A stretch of 64,000 nucleotides of DNA from Pseudomonadota bacterium (GCA_039026295.1 JBCCMP010000001.1:260-64259); one strand, 5' to 3'. Positions 1 to 10,756 are shown, counted from the first letter of the stretch. The notes: generated by a model from the letters alone, not told the origin. Numbers and translations: made by a program.

Positions 1-464
1 GCCAGAGCAGAGAGCGCGACCCCTGCCAGGATCAGCGTAAGGGTGTCGCCGCGCGGGCCTGTCAGGGACAGAAGCAGCAACACCGCGACGACGGCCCCTG
101 CCAGTGCTGCGAATGGCAGTGCCAGAGGAACAAGCGCGGCCAGTCCGGTATAGATCGCCAGGACCGCACCCAGTGCGGCAGAGGCAGACACACCGATGAG
201 CCCGGGCTCGGCCAGCGGGTTGCGCAAAAACCCCTGCAATGCCGCGCCGGACAGCCCGAGGCTTGCCCCGATCATCAACCCCAGAATGGCGCGCGGCAGG
301 CGGATTTCCTGCATGACCAGAACCACAGGACCACCCTCGCCGGTAAAAAGGGCAAGAAGGCTCTCCCAGGTCCCGATCGCCGCCGGTCCGATCAGCAGCG
401 ACGCCATGAACAACGCTGCGACCAGAAGCGATAATAAGGCGATCAGGACGCGGTACGGTATCAT
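1..464 (-). CDS. btuC: FecCD/BtuC-family ABC permease (5' part only; runs off the left edge)
   Basis: ATG at 464 overlaps the btuF stop (ATGA). It reads MIPYRVLIALLSLLVAALFMASLLIGP... and includes EIRLPRAILG and RNPLAEPGLIG motifs typical of FecCD permeases. Context is riboswitch-controlled B12 uptake. Confidence 0.85.
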   Translation of the reverse strand, partial: MIPYRVLIALLSLLVAALFMASLLIGPAAIGTWESLLALFTGEGGPVVLVMQEIRLPRAILGLMIGASLGLSGAALQGFLRNPLAEPGLIGVSASAALGAVLAIYTGLAALVPLALPFAALAGAVVAVLLLLSLTGPRGDTLTLILAGVALSAL

Positions 465-1285
465 CTGTTCAGTACAGCGTTCCGTGCAGCGACCAGACGC
501 CGGACCGCAGCGATGACAAACGGCGTCCCGCACACCCAATCGCGGTCAGCGACCGGCGCGGTTGCAGCCCGCTGGCGAAGATCGGCGAGCGCGGGGTGGC
601 GCAGCACTTCTTCGGCCAGGGCCGGTGTCTCGAACGGACGACCGGTGATGATCATGTCCGGGTTTTCGATGATCAGTTCTTCCAGGGCGATCGTGCCGCC
701 CGTGTCCAGCCCACGTTCGATGGCGATATTGGCCAGTCCGGCGGCATCCATGATCGAACCCGCCAACGTGCCGGGTCCGGACGTGTAGCTGTTGGCATAG
801 TAGGTCGCGGCACGCGGGCGTTCCTGCGTCTTTGCGCGTGCCGCCTTCAGATCCGCATCGAAGCGGGCGATCAGGCTGGCGGCACGGTCCCGCTGCCCCA
901 GCGCCTCGCCCATTTGCTTGATGCGTGCACGGACATCCCCAAGCGAATTCGCAGGATCGAAGGCGATGACCGGGATGCCCAGTTTGCGCAGCAACGCCAC
1001 CGTCGCACGGGTCGTGTAGGTCCCGGCGATCACCAGATCGGGCTTCAAAAGGAAGATCTCTTCGGCCAGTCCACGGTTGGCGCGATAGGCTTCTGCCTCT
1101 TTGGCCATCGCGGAAGACCTCGGATCAGACGCCAGATAACTGACCGAGACCACCTGTTCCGGCCCGACCAGCATGGCAAGCTGATCGGTGCACAGGTTCA
1201 TTGAGACGACGCGGTCAGGTGCTGAGTGCGCCGCCAGAGGCAGCGCAACCACCATCGCACATAACAGGCGAGCGAGCCTTGCCAT
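461..1285 (-). CDS. btuF: Periplasmic cobalamin/siderophore-type binding protein (BtuF-like)
   Basis: Signal peptide; RVVSMNLCTDQL N-terminal motif and C-terminal WVCG; lies between btuB and the permease. Confidence 0.85.
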   Translation of the reverse strand: MARLARLLCAMVVALPLAAHSAPDRVVSMNLCTDQLAMLVGPEQVVSVSYLASDPRSSAMAKEAEAYRANRGLAEEIFLLKPDLVIAGTYTTRATVALLRKLGIPVIAFDPANSLGDVRARIKQMGEALGQRDRAASLIARFDADLKAARAKTQERPRAATYYANSYTSGPGTLAGSIMDAAGLANIAIERGLDTGGTIALEELIIENPDMIITGRPFETPALAEEVLRHPALADLRQRAATAPVADRDWVCGTPFVIAAVRRLVAARNAVLNR

Positions 1286-3243
1286 CAGAAGGTCAACTTG
1301 ATCCCGCCGAAGCCCGTGAAACCCTGCGTCTCGTAGTTCAGAACCTCCTGATAGTCCGAGTTCAGGGCGTTTTCGAGGCGCGCGAAGACATCAAGCTGTT
1401 CCGTGACGGCATAGCTGCCCTGCAGGCTGAGCAGAAAGTATCCGTCCAATTTCGCACGCGGTTGAAGGGCGGCGGGGAAGAACCCGGTCGCGAAATCGCT
1501 GTCATACTGGTCCCCGTTGTAGACCAGGTTTGCGTTCAGCATCGCGCGGTCACCCAGGAAAGTGTAGGTCGCGTCCAGCGCCGCAGTATGCCTTGGCCTG
1601 CGTACTTCCGACAGCCCCGAGGCACCATCTTTAGCGAGCGTATATGTGTAGCTGCCGGTAATTGAAAGCTCGTCCAACGGTGTCATTGTCAACGAGATCT
1701 CGACACCCTCCCTCGTGCTTTCACCATCTGTGTTGACCGATGTCGCCAGGCCCGCGGCAGCATTGAAGCCAGACGAGATTTCGTCAGTCACGGTTCCCCT
1801 GAAATAGGTTGCATCGAGGATGAAGCGATCGTCGAAGAAGCTCTGCTCGATGCCCAGGTCCCACTGAAAGGTCCGCTCTGGAATGAGATCGCGATTGCCG
1901 ATGAACCGGCCGGGCGAAGAGCCGAACTGTTCGAAGAAGGTCGGATTGGTCACGCCGCGCCCGACGGATCCGTGCAGCCGCGTGCCCGTTGCTTCAAGAT
2001 CGTAGGACCCAGAGAACGAGAACGTGAGCGCGTCCTTGAACTGGTTGTTGAAATCATTCCGGACGCTGGCCTGAAGCGCTGCGGGACCAAAGGCGAGACG
2101 GTACTCTCCGCCCAGCCCGAGAACCCGGCGGCTTTGCTGGTCGGCAAAGTTGGTGTCGTTCTGTTCTTGCTCGTAGTCAATCAAACCGGCCACGACATGG
2201 TCGACATCGCCTGTGCTGAACGCGTAGCTCGCCTGATATCCGGCTTTGAGCCTTTGACTTTCCGTTCCAAACGAAAGTGTGCCGTCGGACAGGCTGTTCG
2301 AGGTGTTGTGGGTAAAGCCCAGCTTCACTTCATGGACGAGCGCATCGTCCAGCATCTCGAAACGTCCGAACCATCCGATGGAAATGTCCGTGGCGTCATT
2401 TACGTCGTTGCTGTCGATCACCTTGCTGAAGGTAGGATCATTGAGCAGAGGCGCGAACGTCACGGGGTCAAAGGGGAACGCCTGATCGTCGGTGTCAGAC
2501 TTCCGATCGGCGACGAAAAAGTTGATCCCCATGGAAAAGTCCGGGGTGAAATCCCAGTTCGCGCGCCCGGTTATGGTCAGGTTTCTGTCGCCATCTCTTT
2601 CGCCGGTCTGGTCATCCGTGCCGGTGGCGATGTTGAAACCCTGGGTGCTGCGCAGGCTGACACCGATCGCGCCGTCCCAGTCTTCTTCGCCCCCGGCGGC
2701 GTTCAGGCTGACAAGGGCCGTTCCGTCCGATCCACCTTCCAGGGTTCCCCGAAAAGTCGACCCGTTGCGGCGACCGCGGCGCGTGAAGATCTGGATGACC
2801 CCGGCCGCCGCATTGGAGCCGTAAAGCGCCGATTGCGGGCCGCGCAGAACTTCGATCCGCTCGATGTCTGTCACGATCAGGCTTCCGAAGTCGACTTCAC
2901 CGTTGCCCGCAGGGGAAATCTCGATCCCGTCGACAAGCACGAGGATCTGATTGCCTTCTGCCCCGCGTGCCCGGATCTGAGTCAAGCCGCCGAAGCTTCC
3001 GGTCCTGCTGACCGCGAGGCCTGGAACGAGGCGAAGGGCATCGGCGACATACCGGGTGCCACGTGCCTGAAGTTGCTCGCCGGTGATAACGGTGTAGGCG
3101 CGCCCGATCTGATTGACGGAAATGGGCGTCAATCCGCCGGTCACGATGATATCCTCGCCGACAAGCTCGTCGTCCGCAGACTGAGCAAACGCGCCGATAG
3201 GCAAAACGGCCAACATAGCGGCCAAAGTCACAAGCTGTTTCAT
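1285..3243 (-). CDS. btuB: TonB-dependent outer-membrane receptor, BtuB-like
   Basis: Start MKQLVTLAAM (ATG 3243) with signal peptide; plug motif IERIEVLRGPQSALYGSNA; C-terminal F; cobalamin riboswitch upstream. Confidence 0.9.
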   Translation of the reverse strand: MKQLVTLAAMLAVLPIGAFAQSADDELVGEDIIVTGGLTPISVNQIGRAYTVITGEQLQARGTRYVADALRLVPGLAVSRTGSFGGLTQIRARGAEGNQILVLVDGIEISPAGNGEVDFGSLIVTDIERIEVLRGPQSALYGSNAAAGVIQIFTRRGRRNGSTFRGTLEGGSDGTALVSLNAAGGEEDWDGAIGVSLRSTQGFNIATGTDDQTGERDGDRNLTITGRANWDFTPDFSMGINFFVADRKSDTDDQAFPFDPVTFAPLLNDPTFSKVIDSNDVNDATDISIGWFGRFEMLDDALVHEVKLGFTHNTSNSLSDGTLSFGTESQRLKAGYQASYAFSTGDVDHVVAGLIDYEQEQNDTNFADQQSRRVLGLGGEYRLAFGPAALQASVRNDFNNQFKDALTFSFSGSYDLEATGTRLHGSVGRGVTNPTFFEQFGSSPGRFIGNRDLIPERTFQWDLGIEQSFFDDRFILDATYFRGTVTDEISSGFNAAAGLATSVNTDGESTREGVEISLTMTPLDELSITGSYTYTLAKDGASGLSEVRRPRHTAALDATYTFLGDRAMLNANLVYNGDQYDSDFATGFFPAALQPRAKLDGYFLLSLQGSYAVTEQLDVFARLENALNSDYQEVLNYETQGFTGFGGIKLTF

Positions 3244-3390
3244 AACTATTCCCCCAACGAGCAGCCCGCGCTGCCCTGAATGGCTGACGTCAACCGTTGG
3301 AAGCGCGCACAGGCACCGCCCACGGCCATTTCGCTCACCACTGCGGAGGATCCGCCCCATCAGCGCGCCCCGCGCTGCGGAAGGGTGATG

Positions 3391-3582
3391 GCCTTGGCAG
3401 GTCTCCTGGCTCGCGGGTCGATGCATCAGCTTCGTCTTCCCGACCCTCAGGTCAGTGACATCATGAAGACTGGCTCGCCGCTTACAGTTGCGGGGGCAGC
3501 CACGGAATTGGCCCCGAATGGGTCAGCCGTACCGTGTTCCCTTTTCATCCAGCCACCTGTCGGTGGGTAGGAACCAAAACCG
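3391..3582 (-). ncRNA. Cobalamin (AdoCbl) riboswitch
   Basis: Minus strand contains AAAAGGGAACACGGT, GCTGCCCCCGCAACTGTAAGCGG, CACTG..GGGAAG and the B12-box GAGCCAGGAGACCTGCC, directly upstream of btuB. Confidence 0.95.
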
Positions 3583-3995
3583 ACCAAAGGTTAACAGCCG
3601 TTCCGGGAGTCGAGTCAATGGGTATTGGCGCCGATCGTCCGGCAAGAAAACGATTCACCGGATCGGTCTCTTGCCCCCCCTCATCCTGGCCATTGTTGAA
3701 AGGTTTCAGATAGATTGCGGGATGATCCGGGGCTCGAGGCCCGTCTCGCGCAGTGTCCGGATGACAACGAGGGCGTTCAGGCGCGCCTCCATGCCCGCAA
3801 CACAGGCGCGACATTCCAGCGGTGAACTTTCATTTCACCCGGACTCCGGTTTTCTAAATGGCGACGTTCGCTCGCCGTCGGCAGCCCTGTCTGGAGCCGC
3901 GTGTCGGGGGATATCCCATTCAGAAAGCTTGAGGATCAGAACAGAAACTTGCGCCGACCGGGAAGCGCAACTTACCTGTCTCGGCCGTTCACAGT

Positions 3996-5000
3996 CTACA
4001 GAGTGTCCCCCGGAACAAGCTGCGATTTGATCTCGATGACATCACGCACCGGGTCGCCGCGCACACGCGCAACCAGAGTCTCCGCCGCGGCCTTGCCCAG
4101 TGCACGGGTCGAGACATTGGTCGTGGTCAGTCGCAGCTGCAAGGTCGTGGCAGCATCCATGCCGCCCCAACCGGCAACGCCAACACCGTCGGGGACACTC
4201 AGCTTCGCCGAATGGCAATATGCCATACCGCCGATCGCCATCTCATCATTCTGAAAGTAGATCCCGTCCAGATCCGGATGCCGCGACAACAAATTCTGTG
4301 CCCCGTAGTATCCCTGATAGAAACTGGGACGGTCATCCAGGATTTCTGTTTCCGCCGGACGTGATCCTGCGTCGCGCAGGGCCTTCTGAAAACCATCGAA
4401 GCGCGTGCGGCCAAGACCGGGTGACGCTGCATCACCGCCGACATACCCAATTTGTCGCCGACCTTTCGTCAGAAAAAGACGGCCCATTTCGTACCCGCAA
4501 TCGAAATGATTGATCCCAACCGATATGTCGATAGGCCGCGTATTCAGGTCCCAGATTTCGACCAGCGGCAGGGTGGCCGCCTTCAACATCGCGGCTGTCG
4601 CCTCGGAATGGGCGCGCCCGGTCAAGATCAATCCGGCAGGCCGCCATGCCAGAACAGATTTAAGCCAGGTTTCTTCTTGTTCGGCGCGATTTTCATAGGT
4701 GCCGATCAGCGTTTGATATCCAAACCGCGTGAGCGTTGCGTCTATCGCTTCAACGACGTGGCCGAACAACCCCCCGGAAAGCCGGGGCACCAGGACACCG
4801 ACTAAGGTTGACGCGGTATCCGACCCAAATGCTGCTGCCAAACGGTTCGGCACATAGTTCAGCCGCTCGGCCTCTTGCATCACCCGGGCTCGGGTTTCCT
4901 GGGAAAACCGTCCAGAGTTGCGCAGCACTCGTGAAGCTGTCATTTTCGATACGCCTGCGGCGTCCGCGACTTCTGCCAAACTGGGTTTTCGCTTGTCCAT
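3996..5000 (-). CDS. LacI-family repressor (E. coli GntR/IdnR-like subgroup)
   Basis: HTH SLAEVADAAGVSKMTASRVLR, YVPNRLAAAF hinge, sugar-binding domain; divergent from a sugar ABC operon. Confidence 0.9.
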   Translation of the reverse strand: MDKRKPSLAEVADAAGVSKMTASRVLRNSGRFSQETRARVMQEAERLNYVPNRLAAAFGSDTASTLVGVLVPRLSGGLFGHVVEAIDATLTRFGYQTLIGTYENRAEQEETWLKSVLAWRPAGLILTGRAHSEATAAMLKAATLPLVEIWDLNTRPIDISVGINHFDCGYEMGRLFLTKGRRQIGYVGGDAASPGLGRTRFDGFQKALRDAGSRPAETEILDDRPSFYQGYYGAQNLLSRHPDLDGIYFQNDEMAIGGMAYCHSAKLSVPDGVGVAGWGGMDAATTLQLRLTTTNVSTRALGKAAAETLVARVRGDPVRDVIEIKSQLVPGDTL

Positions 5001-5026
5001 CCGGGGCGTGTCTCTCACTCGTTTGC

Positions 5027-5038
5027 GTTATCGGTAAC
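5027..5038. promoter_or_regulatory. LacI/GntR-type operator (GTTATCGGTAAC)
   Basis: One-mismatch palindrome just upstream of the repressor; matches the second copy at 5083. Confidence 0.65.
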
Positions 5039-5082
5039 ACTTTGGACTTGACGTGGCCAGATGTCCGTCCATCTTCGGGCAG

Positions 5083-5094
5083 GTTACCGGTAAC
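5083..5094. promoter_or_regulatory. LacI/GntR-type operator (GTTACCGGTAAC)
   Basis: Perfect 12-bp palindrome downstream of a TTGACG -35 candidate (5048-5053) and upstream of the ABC ATPase start; resembles the GntR consensus TGTTA-N4-TAACA. Confidence 0.75.
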
Positions 5095-5134
5095 GCAGAT
5101 TCGAAAATGGCGGCCGGGACGGGAGGAACGCCCG

Positions 5135-6652
5135 ATGGCACCACGCCACGGCAAAGGTCTGTTCTTTGATCGTGTCACCAAGGCGTTTGGCGGCACGCAA
5201 GCCCTTCGGGCGGTATCGCTGCACGTCGATCGCGGCGAAATCGTAGCGCTGCTTGGCGAAAATGGTGCCGGCAAATCCACGCTGATCAAGATATTGGGCG
5301 GCATCCATACAGCCGACGCCGGCCACGTTCTGATTGACGGAGTGCCCTATGCGCACACGCCGGGCCGGGTCAACGCCCATCAGGCCGTCGCCTTCATCCA
5401 TCAGGACCTTGGCCTAATAGACTGGATGACGGTTGCAGAGAACATGGCGCTTTCCCAGGGTTTCCTGCGCAAGCGCGGTCTGATCAACTGGAGTGCGGCT
5501 GAAGATGCCTCTGCGACCGCCCTTGCTCGCGTCGATTGTACCTTCGATCCGACGACCCGGGTCGGTGATTTAACGCGGACGGAAAAGTCGTTGGTCGCCA
5601 TCGCCCGCGCCTTGGCCGTGGATTGCGACTTTCTGGTTCTGGACGAGCCGACCGCGAGCCTGCCCGCCGACGAGGTAGAGCGATTGTTCGCGGCGCTGCG
5701 TCCGCTGCGGGACAAAGGCGTCGGGATGATCTACGTCTCTCATCGCCTGGATGAGATCTTTCGTATTGCAGATCGCGCTGCGGTCCTGCGCGACGGCGCC
5801 CTGGTCGGTATTCGCGACATCCACCACACGGACGCGGACGAACTGGTCAGTTTGATCGTCGGGCGCAAAACCCGCGATATCGAACGACCACAAACTGATG
5901 ATGGTGCGAAGGTGCTGGATGCAAAGGACTTGGCCACCTCCAGCGCTGGGCCTGTAGACTTGACGGTGCGGCGCGGAGAACTGGTTGGTCTGGTCGGCCT
6001 TCGGGGCGCTGGGCATGAAAGTATCAGCCGCGCGCTCTTTGGGGCGGAAAGCTCCACCGGCCAGATCCTGTTGGAAGGCCGGACACCTGATCTTTCATCC
6101 CCCCGTGCTGCAATGAAAGCGGGTATCGGTTTGGTTGCGCGCGACCGTATCGTCGAGTCGATCGCGCCATCGCTGACAATCCGCGAAAACGCATACCTGA
6201 ACCCCGCCGCAGGGGGGCGTGGTCTCTTCGACTTCAAACTCACGGGGACGGAACAGGATCAGGCCAAGACACTTGGCGGCTCGCTTGGGCTTTCCCCGAA
6301 CGATCCCACACTGGCTATCGACGCGCTTTCCGGCGGCAATCAACAGAAGGTTGTCGTGGGCCGCTGGCTGGAGACGAACCGAACCTTGCTAATCGCCGAG
6401 GACCCGACCTCCGGCGTCGATGTCGGCGCAAAAGCCGAGATCTATGCGCTGTTGTTCGAGGCACTTGCCTCAGGTATGGCGGTGCTGGTCGTTTCGACCG
6501 ATTTTGAAGAGGTCGCCAGTATCTGTCACAGGGCGCTGGTGTTCAGTCGCGGCCAGATTGTGGCCAACCTGACGGGCGTGTCACTGTCAACGGAATCGCT
6601 GATTCAGGCGGCCTCGGCGGGTGAAGCACCAGCGGCGGCAATGGGGGCCTGA
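5135..6652 (+). CDS. Sugar ABC transporter ATP-binding protein (two-domain, RbsA-like)
   Basis: GENGAGKST Walker A, LVLDEPT, second-domain LSGGNQQKV; SD GGAGG before ATG 5135. Confidence 0.92.
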   Translation: MAPRHGKGLFFDRVTKAFGGTQALRAVSLHVDRGEIVALLGENGAGKSTLIKILGGIHTADAGHVLIDGVPYAHTPGRVNAHQAVAFIHQDLGLIDWMTVAENMALSQGFLRKRGLINWSAAEDASATALARVDCTFDPTTRVGDLTRTEKSLVAIARALAVDCDFLVLDEPTASLPADEVERLFAALRPLRDKGVGMIYVSHRLDEIFRIADRAAVLRDGALVGIRDIHHTDADELVSLIVGRKTRDIERPQTDDGAKVLDAKDLATSSAGPVDLTVRRGELVGLVGLRGAGHESISRALFGAESSTGQILLEGRTPDLSSPRAAMKAGIGLVARDRIVESIAPSLTIRENAYLNPAAGGRGLFDFKLTGTEQDQAKTLGGSLGLSPNDPTLAIDALSGGNQQKVVVGRWLETNRTLLIAEDPTSGVDVGAKAEIYALLFEALASGMAVLVVSTDFEEVASICHRALVFSRGQIVANLTGVSLSTESLIQAASAGEAPAAAMGA

Positions 6653-6655
6653 GCC

Positions 6656-7675
6656 ATGCAATCCATCGAATCCGTTGCGCTGGAGCCGACAAAGGCAGAG
6701 ATGAAGGATCTGGGCACCGGCGCCCGCTTGATCCGCCTTCTGCCGGTCTATGGACTGGTGATCCTGATGGTCGGCTTGATCCTTATGTTTTCGATCCTGC
6801 TGCCGGACACGTTCCCGACGATGCTGAACCTGCGTGCAATCATCTCGGACAAAGCGATCATCGCAATCCTGTCGCTGGCGGCCATGATACCCATGGTGGC
6901 AGGACGCATCGACCTGACCGTCGGATACGGCATCGTGCTGTGGCACATCCTGGCGATTTCTCTGCAATTGATGGGCGTGCCGTGGCCGATGGCAGTCATC
7001 ATGGTTCTGGCCATGGGTGCCTTCGTTGGCTTTTGCAACGGCGTACTTGTTGAAGTCGCGAAGATCGACGCTTTCATCGCGACGCTGGGTACCGGCACTG
7101 TGCTTTACGCGTTGGCGCTCTGGCACACGGGCGGGCGGCAGGTCGTGGGCGCTTTGGACCCAGGTTTTTATTCCATCAACGGCACTTTCGTGATGGGCCT
7201 GCCGATCACCGGGTTCTACGTTCTGGCCATCACCATCGCCATGTGGCTGGTGCTGGAGTACACGCCGATTGGCCGATATCTCTATGCCATCGGTGCCAAT
7301 CCGAAGGCGGCTGAACTCAACGGAATCCCGAACCGCAAATTCGTGGTCGGCGCCTTCGTGACGTCTGGCCTGCTGACCGCATTGGCCGGCGTGATCCTGG
7401 CATCGAAATTGCGCATCGGACAGGCCAGCGTTGGCTTGGAGTACCTGCTGCCCGCGCTGGTTGGCGCGTTCCTCGGTTCCACCACCATCAAACCCGGACG
7501 CGTGAATGTCTGGGGCACCATCGTCGGCGTTGCCATCCTGGCCGTCGGCATCTCTGGCATACAACAGTTCGGCGGATCGTTCTGGGTCGAGCCGATGTTC
7601 AACGGCGTCACCCTTTTGGTCGCCATCGGCATTGCCGGATACGCACAGCGCCGCAAGGGCGCAGCAAAGAAATAA
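6656..7675 (+). CDS. Sugar ABC permease (RbsC/BPD_transp_2)
   Basis: GRIDLTVG, FIATLGT, GRYLYAIGANPKAAELNGI motifs. Confidence 0.92.
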   Translation: MQSIESVALEPTKAEMKDLGTGARLIRLLPVYGLVILMVGLILMFSILLPDTFPTMLNLRAIISDKAIIAILSLAAMIPMVAGRIDLTVGYGIVLWHILAISLQLMGVPWPMAVIMVLAMGAFVGFCNGVLVEVAKIDAFIATLGTGTVLYALALWHTGGRQVVGALDPGFYSINGTFVMGLPITGFYVLAITIAMWLVLEYTPIGRYLYAIGANPKAAELNGIPNRKFVVGAFVTSGLLTALAGVILASKLRIGQASVGLEYLLPALVGAFLGSTTIKPGRVNVWGTIVGVAILAVGISGIQQFGGSFWVEPMFNGVTLLVAIGIAGYAQRRKGAAKK

Positions 7676-7694
7676 GGGCGCAGCAAAGAAATAA
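7657..7694 (+). repeat. Exact 19-bp tandem duplication spanning the permease stop codon
   Basis: GGGCGCAGCAAAGAAATAA x2. Confidence 0.9.
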
Positions 7695-7712
7695 TGTTCA
7701 AAGGAGGAAACG

Positions 7713-8750
7713 ATGAAAAGACGTGATCTGATCGCCATGGCCCTGGCCGCCTCGCTGGCAGCACCCGCCCTCGCGGAAACGCCGTTCGACGGTCCAACAA
7801 GCGGACCGAAAGCGGCTGATGGCAAATCCATCGTCGTTGTCGCCGCAGACCTGAAGAACGGCGGCATCCTGGGCGTCACCAACGGCGTCGAGGAAGCCGC
7901 GGCGAAGATCGGCTGGCAGGTACGGGTGCTGGACGGCGCCGGTTCGGTCTCGGGCCGGACCGCCGCCATCGGTCAAGCCCTGGCCTTGCAGCCCGATGGC
8001 TTGATCATCAACGGCTTCGACGCGGTCGAACAGCAGGCCGCGCTGGAAGGCGTGGTCGCGGCCAGCATCCCGATGGTGGCCTGGCATTCCGGCCCCAAAA
8101 TCGGGTGCGATGCCCCTGGCGGCATTTTCGCAAATGTCTCGACCGACGCGATGACGGTCTCGGAAGTTGCCGCAGAGTGGGCCATGAAGGACGGCGGCGA
8201 TAAGATGGGCGCGGTGATCTTCACCGACTCGACCTATCAGATCGCCATCGACAAGGCCGACCGTATCAAGGAAACCATCGAGGCGATGGGCGGCACCGTT
8301 CTGGAGTACGTCGACACACCCATCGCTGACACCTCTACCCGTATGGGACCGTTGACCACCAGCCTGCTGCAGCGCCACGGGGCCAAGTGGACCCACGCCT
8401 TGGCGATCAACGATCTCTATTTCGACTTTATGGGCCCGGCTTTGGCTGCTGCGGGCATCCAGGGTGATGGCTCACCCAAGGCCGGGTCTGCGGGCGACGG
8501 CTCGGAAGCGGCCTTCCAGCGCATTCGCACTGGCCAGTACCAAACGATCACCGTGGCCGAACCGCTCAACCTCCAGGGTTGGCAATTGGTGGACGAGTTG
8601 AACCGGGCAATTCAGGGCGAAGCGTGCTCGGGCTATATCACGTCGCCTGCGCTGGTGACCCAGTCCGGTTTGGAAAAGCTGGGCGACAGCAATCAGTTCG
8701 ACCCGGACAGTCCCTATCGCGACGCGTACTCCAAGATCTGGGGCAAGTAA
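7713..8750 (+). CDS. Sugar ABC substrate-binding protein (Peripla_BP_4)
   Basis: SD AGGAGG; signal peptide MKRRDLIAMALAASLAAPALA; RbsB-like motifs. Confidence 0.9.
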   Translation: MKRRDLIAMALAASLAAPALAETPFDGPTSGPKAADGKSIVVVAADLKNGGILGVTNGVEEAAAKIGWQVRVLDGAGSVSGRTAAIGQALALQPDGLIINGFDAVEQQAALEGVVAASIPMVAWHSGPKIGCDAPGGIFANVSTDAMTVSEVAAEWAMKDGGDKMGAVIFTDSTYQIAIDKADRIKETIEAMGGTVLEYVDTPIADTSTRMGPLTTSLLQRHGAKWTHALAINDLYFDFMGPALAAAGIQGDGSPKAGSAGDGSEAAFQRIRTGQYQTITVAEPLNLQGWQLVDELNRAIQGEACSGYITSPALVTQSGLEKLGDSNQFDPDSPYRDAYSKIWGK

Positions 8751-8867
8751 CTTTTCCGGTGAGGCCCGGTCAGACATGGCCGGGCATCATCCCACCGAAT
8801 GAACCGATACCCTGCCGCAACCGCCAACGGATCGGCGGTTTCCGACGGAAGGACGGAGTACAGGACC

Positions 8868-9629
8868 ATGACGACCAAGCCTCTTGTGCAGATGCGGGGA
8901 ATTACAAAGAAGTTCGGCGGGGTCACGGCCCTTCTGGATGTTGATTTGACCGCCTTTGCCGGCGAGGTCCTTGCAATCGTCGGAGACAACGGCGCCGGCA
9001 AATCAACGCTGATAAAGATCCTGACCGGAGTGTACCAACCGACGGCGGGCGAGATCTTCATCGACGGAGAAAAGATCGAGTTTGGCAGTCATGCCGATGC
9101 AATCGATGTGGGCATCGACGCGGTATATCAGACACTGGCACTTGCCGATCACCTGGACCCGCCCGCCAACATGTTCCTGGGCAACGAACTGACCAAGAAA
9201 ATCTTCGGGATCGAATTGCTCGACAACAAGAAAATGCGGGCCGAAACCGAACGTGTCTTGATGGAACGCCTCGGTGTCCGCCTCAAGTCCATGGATGCTC
9301 CCACAGAAAGCCTGTCCGGTGGCCAGCGTCAGGCGGTGGCGATCGCCCGCGCCGTTTATTCCGAAGGGCTGAGGGTCCTGGTGATGGACGAGCCAACCGC
9401 GGCGCTCGGGCCACAGGAAACGGCCCGAACGCTCAAGCTGATCCAGACGCTGAAGGCCCAGGGCCTTGCCGTCATCCTGATCAGCCATTCGCTGGATGAC
9501 GTGTTCGAGGTCTCCGACCGCGTGCATGTCCAGCGCCGTGGCCAATGCGTCGGCGTCGTCGAAACCGCAAGCAGCTCGACGCAGGAAGTTCTGGGGCTGA
9601 TCGTCGGCGCAGAGGAGACCGCCGCATGA
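8868..9629 (+). CDS. Single-domain sugar ABC ATP-binding protein
   Basis: GDNGAGKST, LSGGQRQAVAIARA, VMDEPTAALG. Confidence 0.92.
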   Translation: MTTKPLVQMRGITKKFGGVTALLDVDLTAFAGEVLAIVGDNGAGKSTLIKILTGVYQPTAGEIFIDGEKIEFGSHADAIDVGIDAVYQTLALADHLDPPANMFLGNELTKKIFGIELLDNKKMRAETERVLMERLGVRLKSMDAPTESLSGGQRQAVAIARAVYSEGLRVLVMDEPTAALGPQETARTLKLIQTLKAQGLAVILISHSLDDVFEVSDRVHVQRRGQCVGVVETASSSTQEVLGLIVGAEETAA

Positions 9630-10756
9630 GCACGACATCTGCGCCTGACATGGTCCACAAACCACTGACCGAACGGTTGGAGCCATACATCGCAATCATC
9701 GGGCCGATGGCGATGATCCTGGCGATCATCCTGTTCATGGCCGTTGCAGAACCGGCGCGGTACTTCCGCGTCAGCAATATCGAGCTTATCCTGAAGGATG
9801 CCGCGCTCTACATGCCGATGGCGATGGCGATGACCTTCGTCATTACCCAGCGCGGCATCGATCTGTCTGTCGGGTCGGTTGCGGTGCTGTCGGCGATCAG
9901 CATGGCGTTTCTGGTGAAGCAGTTTGGCTTTTCGATCTACGCCGGCATCCCGATCGCCATCGGTATCGGGGCGCTTCTGGGCCTGATCAACGGTCTGGTC
10001 ATCACCCGTTTCAACGTGCCCGATCTGATCGGGACGCTGGCCATGGACCTGGTCTACAAAGGCCTGGCACTGGTGATGGCGAAGGGGCTGGTGCTGGCGG
10101 GCTTTCCAGACATCCTCAAGGCAATCGGACGCGGCGATACGCCGTTCTTCATTCCGGTCCCTGCCATCATCGGCATGCTGACCATGGTGATTGGCTATTA
10201 CATCCTGAAGCGGACCTATTTTGGCCGCTATACGATCGCCATCGGGTCCAGCCCTGAATCGGCGGAACTGACCGGGATCGGCGTCAAGCGCCACAAGGTA
10301 TATGCCTATGTGATGTGCGGCGCGTGCGCGGCCTTGGCCGGATTGATGTTGATGGGCAAGCAGAATGCCATACAGGCGACGATGGCGCCGTTCTTCAACC
10401 TGCACGTCATCGCGGCGGTTGTTGTCGGCGGCACCTCGCTGTTCGGTGGCCGGGCATCGATGATCGGCTCGTTCTCGGGCGTTTTGCTGCTGGCGATGAT
10501 GCTGAACGCGCTGGTGACGCTGAGGATCGAGTTCTTCTGGCAGCCCGTTGCATCGGGCGTGGTGATCATTGGTTCCGTCGCGCTTTATGCCTGGATGCAG
10601 AAAAAGGACCGCGATGGTGCAGGAGGAATGCTGGCCGGACTGAAAACGACCGAAGGCAAGAAGACACTGCGCTTTTCCGCAATCACTATCGGCCTGCTGA
10701 TTGCCCTGTTGGCAATCGGCGGGATTACCGCCGGAGACCCCGTTGCAAGCGGTTGA
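9626..10756 (+). CDS. Sugar ABC permease
   Basis: ATGA overlap with the upstream ATPase; GIDLSVGS, VIAAVVVGGTSLFGG; extra C-terminal TM segment. Confidence 0.9.
   Translation: MSTTSAPDMVHKPLTERLEPYIAIIGPMAMILAIILFMAVAEPARYFRVSNIELILKDAALYMPMAMAMTFVITQRGIDLSVGSVAVLSAISMAFLVKQFGFSIYAGIPIAIGIGALLGLINGLVITRFNVPDLIGTLAMDLVYKGLALVMAKGLVLAGFPDILKAIGRGDTPFFIPVPAIIGMLTMVIGYYILKRTYFGRYTIAIGSSPESAELTGIGVKRHKVYAYVMCGACAALAGLMLMGKQNAIQATMAPFFNLHVIAAVVVGGTSLFGGRASMIGSFSGVLLLAMMLNALVTLRIEFFWQPVASGVVIIGSVALYAWMQKKDRDGAGGMLAGLKTTEGKKTLRFSAITIGLLIALLAIGGITAGDPVASG

Noticed and set aside
3244-3426. N-terminal extensions given by the ORF track (btuB to 3426; also 4736, 10315, 20094, 43549, 45391)
   Set aside because: They overlap the riboswitch or neighbouring genes; downstream ATGs with SD or signal peptides are better starts.
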